DNA of 64,000 bases, from positions 310,001 to 374,000 of the forward strand of contig CDRNVI010000177.1 of assembly GCA_977017575.1 (NCBI GenBank), given 5' to 3'. The notes under the pieces are model-generated. The model had not been told where the DNA came from, ran no database searches, and saw nothing but the letters and a program-made list of their open reading frames with translations. A program made the position numbers and the translations under genes. Below, one piece after another: positions 25,151-37,056 of the stretch (the stretch's first letter is position 1; every line of letters begins with the position of its first letter). The DNA is from Paramoeba atlantica. Taxonomy: Eukaryota; Protista; Discosea.

Positions 25151-25178
<28 letters not shown>
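19960..25178 (+). mobile_element. CRE/SLACS-like non-LTR retrotransposon (Zn-finger-like - RNase H - RT - CCHC - restriction-like endonuclease) with poly(A) tail; frameshifted; 5' end approximate
   Basis: RNase H motifs FICGDGSVATNPNG and WRNRENNSLADRI. RT: GHLSKAARKL, TPGLSG, KGDKGICPIGVAE, KLDIVNAFNSISR, GVQQGDPLG, FVNDIF. CGFC-x9-H-x3-C knuckle, then RRHHALRD and QPDLTIREWQGDQDLCIDVRV (PD..D nuclease). AATAAA at 25131 and A28 at 25151-25178. Confidence 0.85.
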
Positions 25179-25181
<3 letters not shown>

Positions 25182-25207
25182 AGAAAAAAAAAGAAGAAAA
25201 AGAGAAG

Positions 25208-25325
25208 GTCTTCAGCACTCGGGATTCGAATGTGGTCACCCACCATTCTACTAACCGAGCCCACAGCTGCTTAACTTCCGAGTTCTGATGGGATCGGGTG
25301 CTTTCAACTGGGTATGACCGAAGAC
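25208..25325 (-). rRNA. 5S rRNA
   Basis: GTCTTCGGTCATACC...GCACCCGATCCCATCAGAACTCGGAAGTTAAGC...GGTTAGTAG..TGGGTGACCAC..GAATCCCGAGTGCTGAAGAC, 118 nt, complementary ends, followed by T-tracts. Confidence 0.95.
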
Positions 25326-25963
25326 ACTTTCTCTTCTTTTTTTTCTTCTTTTAATATCAATCCAAATTAATAAAAAGAAAAGAGAAAGAGAAAAGAAAGA
25401 TGAGAGAAAAGAAAGAAAAGAGAAAAAAGAAAAGAGAAAAGAGAAAAAACCTCAATGGAAAGAGAGAAAAAGTGGTGGAATTTCAAAAAAAAGAAAGAAA
25501 AAAATAAAGAAAAAACAAAGAAAGAGAAGGAAAAAAAATTAACAACCCACAAAAAGAAAGATAAGAAAAGAAAAGACAGAAGAAAAGAGAAAGAGGAAAA
25601 AGAAAGACTGAGGAAAACCAAAAAAAAAACCCAAACGAACAAAAAAACACAAAAACAAAAAAAGAAAAACGGACCTCTATTTTGGGTCCGAATATGATGG
25701 ACCTCTATTTCAGGTCCTATCAGAGCTTTTTTTCTTTTTTTTTTTTCTGTGTGTGTGTTTTTGGTTGTTCTTTCAGTGATTTTTTTTGTTTTTTTTTGTT
25801 CAATTTTGATTGGTGTTCCTTCTCGCCACACCCCCCCCCCTCTCATTCCCTTGTGAACAACAACAAACACAATCAACCACACCCTCAGGTTTTGTTTTTA
25901 ATTCAAAACATTTCTTTTTCTGGATAACTTGAAACAGAAAAACAACAATCAATCAATCAAAAT

Positions 25964-26953
25964 ATGGTGATGAGAGTTCAGTTGATGTCGATTGTCGAAA
26001 GAGAAGAAGAGTGGTGGGAAGTCCAAAACACTGAGAATGGAAGAGTGTGTTCTGTTCAAGCTCAAGACTTTCAAAGTCTCCGAAGGAAGATCCAGGATGT
26101 GTACGGAACTTCAACTGCGGTTCGAGTGTTCTATCTTGATGATGAGTGTGATGTCGTCTTTGTGAAACGTGATCAAGACTTGGAAGACGCTTTGTTTGTT
26201 CTCCCAAAAAAGAACAAGACAGCAAAAGCAGTGGAGAGTCAAGTCGAAGAAGAAACTGAAAAGGAGATCCAAGAGGTCGAAAATCGAGTGGGTGATGATG
26301 AAGAGAAGAAGGTTGAGAAAGTGGGGGATGAAGTTTCTGAGAACCCTCAGAAAAGACTCAAGGAACAACAGAAGAGAGAGAAGGAGATTGAAATTCTCAG
26401 TAAACGCGACAAGAAACTGGCAGATCAGATTGATGTTCTTGAAGAAAAGATTGTGGCTCTCCAACAAAGAAAGGAACGGTTGACTGAAAACAAAACCCAA
26501 GTTCGAGAGAATCTTGTTGATTTGAAAAGTCAAAAGGAGATTGTCGGAAACAAACAAGAGGAAGAGGAGATTGAAGAAATCCAATCCTCTGAGGAAGAAG
26601 AGGAAGAAGAGGAAGAAGAGGAAGAAGAGGAAGAGGAAGATTGTGGGAAACCAAGATCATTTGGGCAATCGAGAAAGCTTCAAAACCAACGACGAAACAT
26701 CGAAAGAAGACTTTGTAATCTTGAAGTGAAAGAAAAGAAGTCAAAAAAGATGATGGAAACAGAAATTATTCTCAAGAAACGTTTGGAAGAAATCACAGAG
26801 AGGTTGGCGACTGAACCAAAAGAAGAAGAAGAGAAAGACAAAATGTTTAGAAATAAGAGAAAAGGAACTCGACGTTCTTCTTCCCCACCACATGGTTCGA
26901 AAAAGAAGTTTTTCAATTCTCCTCCTCCTCCAAAGGAGAGAAGACGAAAATAA
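25964..26953 (+). CDS. PB1-domain / coiled-coil protein with acidic tract (329 aa, single exon)
   Basis: Long open ORF, CpG-rich like the other intact genes. OPCA-type PB1 motif FYLDDECDVVFVKRDQDLEDAL, then predicted coiled coils, poly-Glu and a basic C-terminus. Confidence 0.75.
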   Translation: MVMRVQLMSIVEREEEWWEVQNTENGRVCSVQAQDFQSLRRKIQDVYGTSTAVRVFYLDDECDVVFVKRDQDLEDALFVLPKKNKTAKAVESQVEEETEKEIQEVENRVGDDEEKKVEKVGDEVSENPQKRLKEQQKREKEIEILSKRDKKLADQIDVLEEKIVALQQRKERLTENKTQVRENLVDLKSQKEIVGNKQEEEEIEEIQSSEEEEEEEEEEEEEEEEDCGKPRSFGQSRKLQNQRRNIERRLCNLEVKEKKSKKMMETEIILKKRLEEITERLATEPKEEEEKDKMFRNKRKGTRRSSSPPHGSKKKFFNSPPPPKERRRK

Positions 26954-27187
26954 ATAACAAAATCTCTTCAATGGAACCAAACTTCTTTTTTTTGTGCTCT
27001 ATTTTTATCAAGAAAAACGTTTATTTCTTTTCTTTTTTCTTTTTTCTTTTTTCTTCTTTTCTTCTTTCTTTTTTTTCTTTATTCACTCCTCTTCTTTTCT
27101 TTGTTGGTTATCTCATTGTAATTTTTCTCCTTTCTTTTTTCGTCAAAAAGAATGTGTCAGATAGATGGTTGGGGGTGGGGGAGATCT

Positions 27188-27238
27188 TGATACTCTCTGG
27201 GTGCTAATTTGTGAAAATCCGGACCCAGAGAATACATC
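27188..27238. repeat. About 50-bp dispersed hairpin element, copy 3
   Basis: TGATACTCTCTGGGT-GCTAATTTGTGAAAATCCGG-ACCCAGAGAATAC. Confidence 0.65.
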
Positions 27239-28199
27239 ATCTTCAAATAAAAAAACATCTCTTTTGTCTCTTCTTTTTTTTTGAAGATTCACTTATCTGT
27301 AAGACTGTCTTATTTTTTCAAAAAAGAAAAAGGAAAAGAAAGGGAAGAGGGGGAAAGAGAGAGAAGAGAGAAGAGAGAGAAGAGAAGAGAGAAGAGAAAG
27401 AGAAAGAGAAAATAGAAAAAAAAAAAAAAAAGAAAAAAATGAGAAACTGTGAAGAAGAAATTGAAAACAAAAGGAAAGAAATCAACAAAAAGAAAAGAAA
27501 AGAAGAGAAAAAGAAAAAAGGGGGGAAAGGGAAAAAAGAAAAGAGAGAACCCATCAAAAAAGGGAAGAAAGGGGAACGAGAAAAAGGGGAACAAGAAAAA
27601 GAGGAACAAAAAAAAGAGAAAAAGTGAGAAAGTGAAAAAGTGAAAAAAAAAAAAAGAGAAGAGATAAAAGTGAAAAAGAAAAGAAAAAAACAGAAAAGTC
27701 AAGAAATAAAAAGAAATAAAGAGAGAACCCCATCCGGTCCCATTCACAAAGGGCAAAAAAGTTCGAGAAAGAGAAAGAAAAAAAGAAGGAAAAGAAAAAA
27801 AGAGAGAGAAAAGAGAAGAGAGAGAAAAGAGAAGAGAGAAAAAGAGAAAGAGAGAAAAAGAAAGAGAGAAAAAGAGGAGAGAAAGAGAAAAGGCAAAACA
27901 AAACCAACAAGGCCAGAAAAATTATGAGCCCTAAAATCTTTTTTTTTGTGTGCTAAAATAAACCAGCACAATTCAATTGTTTTTCTGAGTGTCGAAAAAA
28001 TATTTTACAAGGAAATTTTTATGAGAATTTTTTTTTCAATGCCCTGAAAAACCTTTGCAATTGCGCTCCTTTCCCTTGGCAACCCGGTGAGAGAGAGGAA
28101 AGAGCGAAAGGAGAGAAGAAGAGGAAAGAGAAAAAAGAAAAGAAAAGAAAGAGAAATTAAAAAAAAGAATTAAATAGAACTAAAAAAAAAGGGAAAGAG

Positions 28200-28545
28200 G
28201 AAAAAGGAGGGAAGAAGGAGGGGAAAGTGGGGAAGGTAGGGAAGGTAGGAAAGGTAGGAAAGGTAGGAAAGGTAGGAAAGGTTGGGGAAGGTAGGAAAGG
28301 TAGGAAAGGTTGGGGAAGGTAGGAAAGGTAGGAAAGGAGGGGAAAGTAGGGGAAGGTGGGGAAGGTAGGGAAGGGAGGGAAGGTGGGGAAGGTAGGAAAG
28401 GTGGGGAAGAGGGAAGGTAGGAAAGGAGGGGAAAGGGTTGAGAAGAGGGAAGGTAGGAAAGGAGGGCAAAGGAGGGCAAAGTAGGGGAAAGTAGGGGAAA
28501 GTAGGGGAAGGTTGAGAAAGTTGAGAAGGTTGGGTAGAGGTGGGT
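28200..28545. repeat. Purine-rich GGAAAGGTA / GGGAAGGTA minisatellite
   Basis: Tandem about 9-bp G/A-rich units. Confidence 0.8.
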
Positions 28546-28559
28546 GAAGTGAAATCATG

Positions 28560-30300
28560 TTCTCTTTTTTCTTGAGGTTTATTCTTTTTTCTTTCTCTTT
28601 TTTTTTCTTTTTTTCTTTTTTTTTTCTTTTTGTTTTTTTTTTCTTTTTTTTGTTTTTTTTTTTGTTTTTTTTCCTATTTTTCTTTTGTTTTTTCTTCTTT
28701 ATCTTTCCTCTTTTTAATCTTTTCCCCTCTCTTCTCTTTTTCTCCCTTTTTCCTTCTCTCTTTCTTTTCTCTTTCTTTTCTTTTTCTTTTCTCTTTCTTT
28801 TCTCTTTCTTTTCTCTTTCTTTTCTCTTTCTTTTCTCCTTAACATAGGAAAGTTGTTTAATTGAAGAGAGTGTAATTCATGTTTTAAATAATGGTCCTTT
28901 TTTCTTCAATGGTTTTTTTTTCTTTTTTTCTTTTGTTTTTTTTTTGTTTTTTTTTGTTTTTTTTTGTTTTTTTTTTTGTTTTTTTTTCTTTTTTTTCTTT
29001 GTTTTTTTTTTGTTTTTTCTTTTTTATGTGTTTTTCCTTTTTTTTCTTTTTTTTTTGTTTTCTTTTATCTTTTGTTTTTTCGTCTTCTTTATCTTTTATC
29101 TTTCCTCTTTTTAATCTTTCTCCCCCCTCTTCTCTTTTCTCCTCTTTCCCCTCTTTCTCCTTCTCTTTTCTTTTCTTTTCTTTCCTTCTCTTTCTTTCCT
29201 TTTAAAACAGTGAAGTCATTGAATTAGAAAAGAGTGAAATCACGTATCAAAAAAGATCCTTTTTCTTCACAGTTTTTTCTTTTTTTTTCTTTTTTTTTTT
29301 TCTTTTTTCTTTTTTTTTTCTTTTTTTCTTTTTTTTTTCTTTTTTTCTTTTTTTTTTCTTTTTTTCTTTTTTTTTCTCTTTTTTCTTTCTTTTCTGTCTT
29401 TGTTTTTCTTTTCTTTTCTTTCTTTTTTTTTTCTTTTTTCCTTTTTCCCTTTTTTTCTTTTTTTTCCTTTTTTTTCTGTCTTTGTTTTTCTTTTTTTCTT
29501 TTCTTTCTTTTTTTCTTTCTTTTTTCCTTTTCCTTTTTTTCCTTTTTTTTCCTTTTTTTTCCTTTTTTTCCTTTTTTTTCCTTTTTTCCTTTTTTTTGTT
29601 TTTTTTGTTTTTGTTTGTTTTTGTTTATTGTTCTTTTCTTTTCTTTTCTTTTCTTTTTTTTTGTTTTTTTGTTTGTTTTTTTTTGTTTTTTTTGTTTTTT
29701 TTTTGTTTTTATTCCTTTTCTTCCTCTTTCTCCTTTCTTTTCTTGATCAAAGCGAAAAGAAAAAGAAAATTGTTGGTTTTCTCTTTTTTCTCTTTCTCTT
29801 TTCCCTCTTCCTTTCCTTTTTTTTTTCCTTTTCCTTTTTTCTTTTTCTTTTTTCTTTCTTTTTTTCTTTTTTTCTTCTCTTTGTTTCTTTTCTCTTTTTT
29901 TTTTCTCTTTTTTTTTTCTTTTTTCTTTCTTTTTCTTTTTTTGTTTTCCTTTTCTTTTTTTCTTTTCTTTTGTTTTTCTTTTGTTTTTCTTTTCTTTTCT
30001 TTTGTTTTTTTTTTCTTTTTCTTTTTTTTCTTTTTTTTTCTTTTTTTTCTTTTGTTTTTATTTGTTTTTTTGTTTATTTTTCTCTTTTTTTTTTTTTCCT
30101 TTTCCCTTTCCTTTCCCTTTTCTTTTTTTTCTTTTCTTTTTCTTTTTCTTTTTCTTTTCCCTTTCCCTTTCCCTTTCCCTTTCCCTTTCCCTTTCCCTTT
30201 CCCTTTCCCTTTCCTTTCCCTTTCCTTTCCCTTTCCTTTCCCTTTTCTTTTCTTTTTTTCTTTCTTTTTTTTTTCCTTTCTGTTTTCTTTTTTTTTTTTA
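28560..30300. repeat. About 1.7-kb T-dominated low-complexity tract with internal duplication and a (CCCTTT)n run
   Basis: Almost entirely T/C on the plus strand; blocks 28560-28860 and 28900-29230 are similar; (TTTCCC)n at about 30160-30245. Confidence 0.8.
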
Positions 30301-30432
30301 TTTTTTTTTGTTCAAAAGATTCGAAAAATCGCAAACGAAAAAGAGAGAAGTTGCCACACAATCAAAGTTGGATAAGGAGGGCAAAGAGAAGAGAGACCAA
30401 ACAACACAAAAGAGGATTATTTCGTGATAGTT

Positions 30433-30483
30433 TTCATACTCTCTGGGTCTGATTTTTCGAATTAGTACCCCAGAGAGAATGAA
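30433..30483. repeat. About 50-bp dispersed hairpin element, copy 4
   Basis: TTCATACTCTCTGGGT-CTGATTTTTCGAATTAGTAC-CCCAGAGAGAATGAA. Confidence 0.7.
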
Positions 30484-31066
30484 GAATCCACAAAAAAAAA
30501 AAAGAAGATCCACCAGTCAGTCGGGGATAGGGGTGTTGTGTGTGTGTTGTTTTGGTGTTAAAAGAAATATTCACGTTTTTTTTTGAAACAAAATATCTTT
30601 GGTGCTGTGTCTTTCTTGGATTCTAAAAATTGTTCATCATTGGTTTTTTTTTACTTTTTTTCTTTCTTTTTTTCTTTCTTTTTTTCTTTTTCTTCTTTTT
30701 CTGGCACTGTTTTTCAGGGTTTGGGTCCAACATAGTAGTCTGTGGTTTTATATTAATATTGTCGTCTCAATAAAACACCACCTCCCTCCCAATATCTTTT
30801 TCTTAATTATGTGTGTGGGCCCAATGTCCAACAGAATAACTGATTGTGTTGGGAAGAAGAAAAAAAAAAGTATCTTTCACCCCCCCCCAACCACACACAC
30901 TGGATAAAGAAAGGTAGTGTGTTGTGTGGGTGTCATTCTTCCGCTGCCATTCCAGAAAAAGAAAAAAAAATTATGAAAAGAAAAATGACTCTTTGGTGAA
31001 TGTCTGAAAAAGAAAGAAGATTTTTGTTAAAGTTTCAATTTATATTTTTTTATACAAGCTTTTTTT

Positions 31067-31873
<807 letters not shown>

Positions 31874-34109
31874 TCAGTGAAACGTTCAGCGAAAATGGTG
31901 AGTTTACAAATAAAGGAAAAAATAGAATCTATCCCCCCCTTTAATTTAGATCTCCAAAAAAAAATCTCGTTCTTTTTTTTTTTTTTTGCGTTTTGTTGTT
32001 TTTTGTGGTGGGAGAGAAGAGAAGAGAAGAGAGCGCTCTCTTCTTTCTGTTTGTTTTTGTTTGTTTGTTTTTGTTTTGTTGTGTTTTTGTTTTGTTTTGT
32101 GTGTTATTTGTTTTGTTTGTTTTGCCAGTCTCACCAACCACCATCGCGCAGTTTTGTGGTGGTGTGTGTGTTTTGTGTTTTTTGTGTTGTGTGAGGGTTT
32201 GTTCTTCTCCTCACACCCCCTCCGCCCCCTTCTCTCTCTCTCACCTCATCTTTTAACACACAGAGGAGAGAGGAGAAGGGAAAAAGAACCTCTCTCTCTT
32301 TGATGAAGGGAGATGAAAAGCAAAGAATGCGAAAAGAGGTGGTTTGTGTCTCTCTCTTCCTCTCCTTTTTCTCTCAAACACACTTCTCTTCTCTCGCACT
32401 CCTGACCATTTTTTCCCCCTTTCTCTCTCTCTTTCCCCTCTCTCTTTCTTTCCCCTCTTTCTTTTCTCTCTTCCCTTTCCTTCACACAGTTTTCAAGGGA
32501 ACAAAACATAAAAGTGGGGGAAAAAGGGTGGTGTTTTGTTTCACCCATATAAAAGACAAATATTAGGGAACACGACAATCGAAAGTGGAGGGATAGTGGG
32601 TGAAAGGGGGGAGAGAAAATCACCAGAGAGACATCCAATAGAGAGAGTGATGTTTGTGGTGGATGATCTCTCTTCTCTTTTTGGCCCTCTTGAGACGACG
32701 ATCTTGTGTGTGTGTTCTGAGGAGAGGCCTTTCTTCGAGCGTGTTTTGGTGATGATGGTGTAATGTTTGGTGTATACTTCTCTTTTGAAAATGTTGGTTA
32801 TTCACGAAGAACTTTACCGCTGATATATGTTTCTGCTCTCTCTCTCTCTCTCTCCTTTCCCAAAAAATCCATGTTTGGTGTTGTTGGTGTGTGTGATTAG
32901 ACCCTCTCTCCTCCCTTCTCTCTCTCCCCACTCTCGCTGCTGCGCCTTATTCCTCTGTTTCTTATCATTTTTTTTGAGGAGTAAAAGCTCTTTCTTCTTA
33001 GCTTTCTTCTTTTGGAGGGTTCCTTGACCTTCTTTGTCTCTTGAAATATTTGTTTCTTGGATTGGTGACAGTGATATTGGATCGGATCTCTCTCCTCTTC
33101 TTTAAGTGGTATGTCCTATCATAATGAAATCAAATGACTTCTTTCTCGAAAAAAATGTGACTTTCTCGACAAAAGGTATACCACGTATCGGACCCCGTAT
33201 GTATCGTTATACTACACACACAACACACAATAAGATTTTTTGCAACACACTGAGAAGGTTACTTTTTTGCATGGATTATTTTTTCTGTCTGTGTTTGGTG
33301 TGTTTTGTTGTTTACTTTTTTTGTATTTGTCTCTTTGTGTTTTAAAAATGGGGTGTGTGTGTGTGTTAATGTTGTTTTTGTGTTTTTGTTTTGTTTTGTT
33401 TTTTGAGAAGAGGAAGGGAAGGAAGGAAGGAAGGGGTGTGTGAAAAATTTATTAATTTGTACAAAAAAACAGTTTGTTGTCTCTCAAAGCCAATTTCCCA
33501 AATCGAAAAAAAAGACAGGAACCCCCCAGATTCCACTCCAAAAGTTCATCAAGAAGAAAACAGACAAAAAGAATGAAAAGAATTTAGATCACGGAGATTG
33601 GTGTATTCATTGAAAGAAGTGTCCCGTCCATTGAGGGGAATACGAAATCGTTGTAAATGATTGATGTCCATTTTAAAAGAAGGTTTTGTGTTCTTGTTAA
33701 TTTGTTCTTGTTGAATTTGTTTTTTTATTATTTGTTTTATTTTTTGCTTTTGGTATTTTTGGTATTTGTTTTTGTTCTTTTCTTTTTTGTGGTGATTGGT
33801 TTGGTTTGGTTTGGTTGGTTTGTCTGTTATTATTTGAAGAGTGTTTTTGTTATTGTATTAGTTATTAGTATTTAATTAATTAAAATTCTCTGATACTAAA
33901 ATCTGATTCTTCCTCCTCCCCCTTCTCTTTACTAGTGCAAGGACATTTTTTTTGTTTCCTTCGTTACAAAGACCTCCTTCCAATCACAACCCTTTTTGAA
34001 AATATGAGTGGCACAGGTTTCCCTTTATTTTGTGTTTTGTTGTTTCAGTGTTTCAGTGTTTGGTTTGTTAGTTATTTTGATTGTGTGGATTTGTTTATCT
34101 TTTTTAGTA

Positions 34110-34990
34110 TGATGTGATTATTCTGTTGTGTTGGTTTGTTGTTGGTTTGTTGGTTTGTTAGTTTGTTGGTTTGTTGGTTGTTGGTTTGTTGGTTTGTTTG
34201 TCGTTTTGTTTGTTGTTGTTGTGTCATTTTAGTGTTACTTTTGTTTTGTTTGTTGTGATTGTGATTGTTGTGATTGTAGTTAAGTTATAGTTGTTGTTGC
34301 TGTTGTTTATGATTGTGATTGTTTTTCTTGTTGTTTGTTGTTTGTTGTTTGTTGTTTGTTGTTTGTTGTTTGTTGTTTGTTGTTTGTTGTTTGTTGTTTG
34401 TTGTTGTTTGTTGTTATTGTTGTTATTATGATTGTTGGTTTGTGATTGTGATTTTTTTTTGCAATTGTTATGTTGTTGTTACTATTTTTTTATAATCATT
34501 ATTGTTATTATTGTATTGTTATGATTGTTGTTGTTATTTGATTGTTATTGCTTTTATTATCATTGTTAATTGTTAAATTGTTAATAATAGAATGGGGACA
34601 TTTTTGTTTCTTTGTTAGAAGACTCCCTCCAGGCCTTTTTTTATATTACTCTGTTCCCAACAATCCCAACTATTGTGCCACCACCAGGTTTTCTCTTTTT
34701 TCCTTCTTTTATTTTGTGCTTGTTTTTGTTTTTGTTAATGGTATTGCTGTTGTGGTGGTGATGGTATTTTGATTGTGTTGTTATTTGTTGTTATTTGTTA
34801 TTATTTGTTATTGGTATTCTTGTTGTTCTTGTTGTTCTGTTCTTGTTGTTGTTATTGTTGTTATTTGTTGTTATTATTGTTGTTATTTGTTGTTATTTGT
34901 TCTTTGTTATTGATATTTGTTGTTGATATTTGTTATTGTAATTGTTATTGTTGTTGTTGATTTTGTTTTTTTGTGTTGTGGTTATGTTGT
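34110..34990. repeat. TTG/TTGT-rich microsatellite region
   Basis: (TTGTTTG)n, (GTTGGTTT)n and (TTG)n runs. Confidence 0.75.
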
Positions 34991-36287
34991 GTTTGTAATT
35001 TTAACCAATTTTTCACAGAAAAACACAAAAAAAGAGAGAGTGTGTGGAATCATCAAGACAAAGATGTGGGTTGGGGATTTCTGGAGGGAGCGAGCCACAT
35101 ATAATGGTTGGTTGGTTCTTTTTGTTCTTTTGTAATATTTATATTTCCGTTTTGTTGTAATATTTTTTTAGTTGGTTAATTTATCTTCTGTTTTTTGTTT
35201 GGAGGGGTGATGTGTATTTAATTAGTGTTGTTTTGTTTTGTTTGTTTTGTTTGTTTGGTTTTGTTGGAGTTAAATATTATTATTGTTAATTGTTTTTGGT
35301 CACTTTGTTGGTAGTTGGTACATCAGTGTTTTTGTGTATTGGTTGTGCATTGGTTGTGTGTGTAAGTTGGTTGTGTGTTGTCTTGTGTACACACATTTTT
35401 CAAGGTTTATTGTTTGTTTGAACCAAACAATCAAAAATGACAAGAAGGTTTTCTTTTTTTTTTTCGTCTTTCTTTCGTTTCGGTCCTTTTTGTTCTTTTT
35501 TTTTTGGTTCTTTTTTTCTTTTTTTTTTTTTTTTCTTTCTCCCTTTTTGTTCTTTTTCTTTTTTTTTTGCTCTGTTCTACATATTTTTTTTTGATGTTGG
35601 TGTATTGGTCTTGTGTATGGGGTGTGGTTTTTTGTGGGGTTGGTGTTTTTCTAGAAGAGGGTTTTAATTGATGTGCAGGTTTTTCTTTTGATTTTTCTTT
35701 TGATTTTTCTTTGATTTTTTGGTTTCTCTTGTTTTTTTTTAAGAACCAAAAGTTTCCACAGACCCACTGTGGTTTTTCTCTTTCTGTTTTTTGTTAATAT
35801 AAATGAGGTTTGCTTTGTGGGGATGGTTTGGGTTTTTCCTTTGATAAAATGGTGAATGTGGGTGTTTTTGTGGGAATTGTGTACCTTTTTTCTGTGGTGG
35901 CGCACCTTGTTTTTTTTTTTGGAGGGGGGGGGGGGTTCTTTAATTGGGAGGGGGTTTGTTCAAGTTTTTAGAAAGGAAGAACACACTGTTTTGTTGAGGT
36001 TTAAAAGACTAAAAAGGTTATAATATTTGTTCACATAAACAAATGTTGCAGCCTCTTTGGGAATTTTCCAGAATGGACATGAAGATTGGATTTTGACTCA
36101 CACACCACCTCCATAAATACGCCACAGTAGCACCAATTTTGTTGGGGGGGTGGGGGATATATTGCCAAAATACATAATTTCCACAATTGTTTCAATTTGG
36201 TTGGTGACTTGAAGGAAGGGGGGGGAGGTTTTTGTGGTGGTGTCATATCTCCCTCAATCCTTTTTTTTTTTCAATTTTTATCAAATT

Positions 36288-36360
36288 GCCTCCGTAGCTC
36301 AGTCGGTAGAGCGCTAGACTCTTAATCTAGTGGCCGCGGGTTCGAGCCCCGCCGGGGGCT
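36288..36360 (+). tRNA. tRNA-Lys(CTT)
   Basis: Acceptor GCCTCCG/CGGGGGC, anticodon arm CTAGA-CTCTTAA-TCTAG, GGTTCGAG T-loop, 73 nt, downstream T-run. Confidence 0.95.
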
Positions 36361-36827
36361 GTTTTTTTTTTCTTTTTTTTTTCTTTTTTTTTTTCTTTTC
36401 TTTTTTTCTTTCCAAAGGTTTTTTCTCTTCTTTTTCTTTTTTTTCTTTTCAAAGGTTTTTTCTCTCTTCTTTTTTCTCTCTCTTTTTCTCTTCTCTTTTT
36501 TTTTTGTTTTTTTTTGAACTCAGTCTGAACTGAACTGCTCTGTTGCTCAAAGGTTTTTCTCTCTTTCTCTCTCTCTCTTTTTCCTTTCTTTTTCTTTTTT
36601 TTTTCCTTTTTCTTTTTCCTTTTTCTTTTTCCTTTTCTTTTCCTTTTTCTTTTTTAACCTGATGTGGGGGGGCTACCTTCTTTTGCTCTTTGAAATGTTT
36701 TTCTTTTTCTCTCTTTTTCTCTCTTCTCTTTTTTCTTTCTCTTTTTAAACTTGGTCTGAGTTGAACCACTTCTTGTCAATTTGCTCTTTCAAAGGTTTTT
36801 TCTCTCTTTTTTTTTTCTTTTTCTTTT

Positions 36828-37056
36828 CACTACGCCCAAAATGCCCAAAAAATTTTCGAAATGGTCCTTGGCGTCGTTTGACCCCAATTGATCTGGAGGA
36901 AAACACGACTCGAAATTCCGACCAACAATTTTGGTGATGTGTTTTTTTTTTTTCAAGGTTGTGTTTTCCTCCAGATCAAAAAGAGTGCCCAAACAATTGG
37001 GGTCAAACGACGCCAAGGACCATTTCGAAAATCTTTTGGGCATTTTGGGCGTAGTG
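36828..37056. mobile_element. CACTA-type MITE, 229 bp (second family)
   Basis: CACTACGCCC...GGGCGTAGTG; about 63-bp TIRs; inner inverted repeat GATCTGGAGGAAAACAC / GTGTTTTCCTCCAGATC; 3-bp TSD TTT; CpGs retained. Confidence 0.9.

Noticed and set aside
32250-35950. Possible multi-exon gene (CpG-containing islands between GT/CT-rich tracts)
   Set aside because: No consistent strand, phase or domain could be established by eye.
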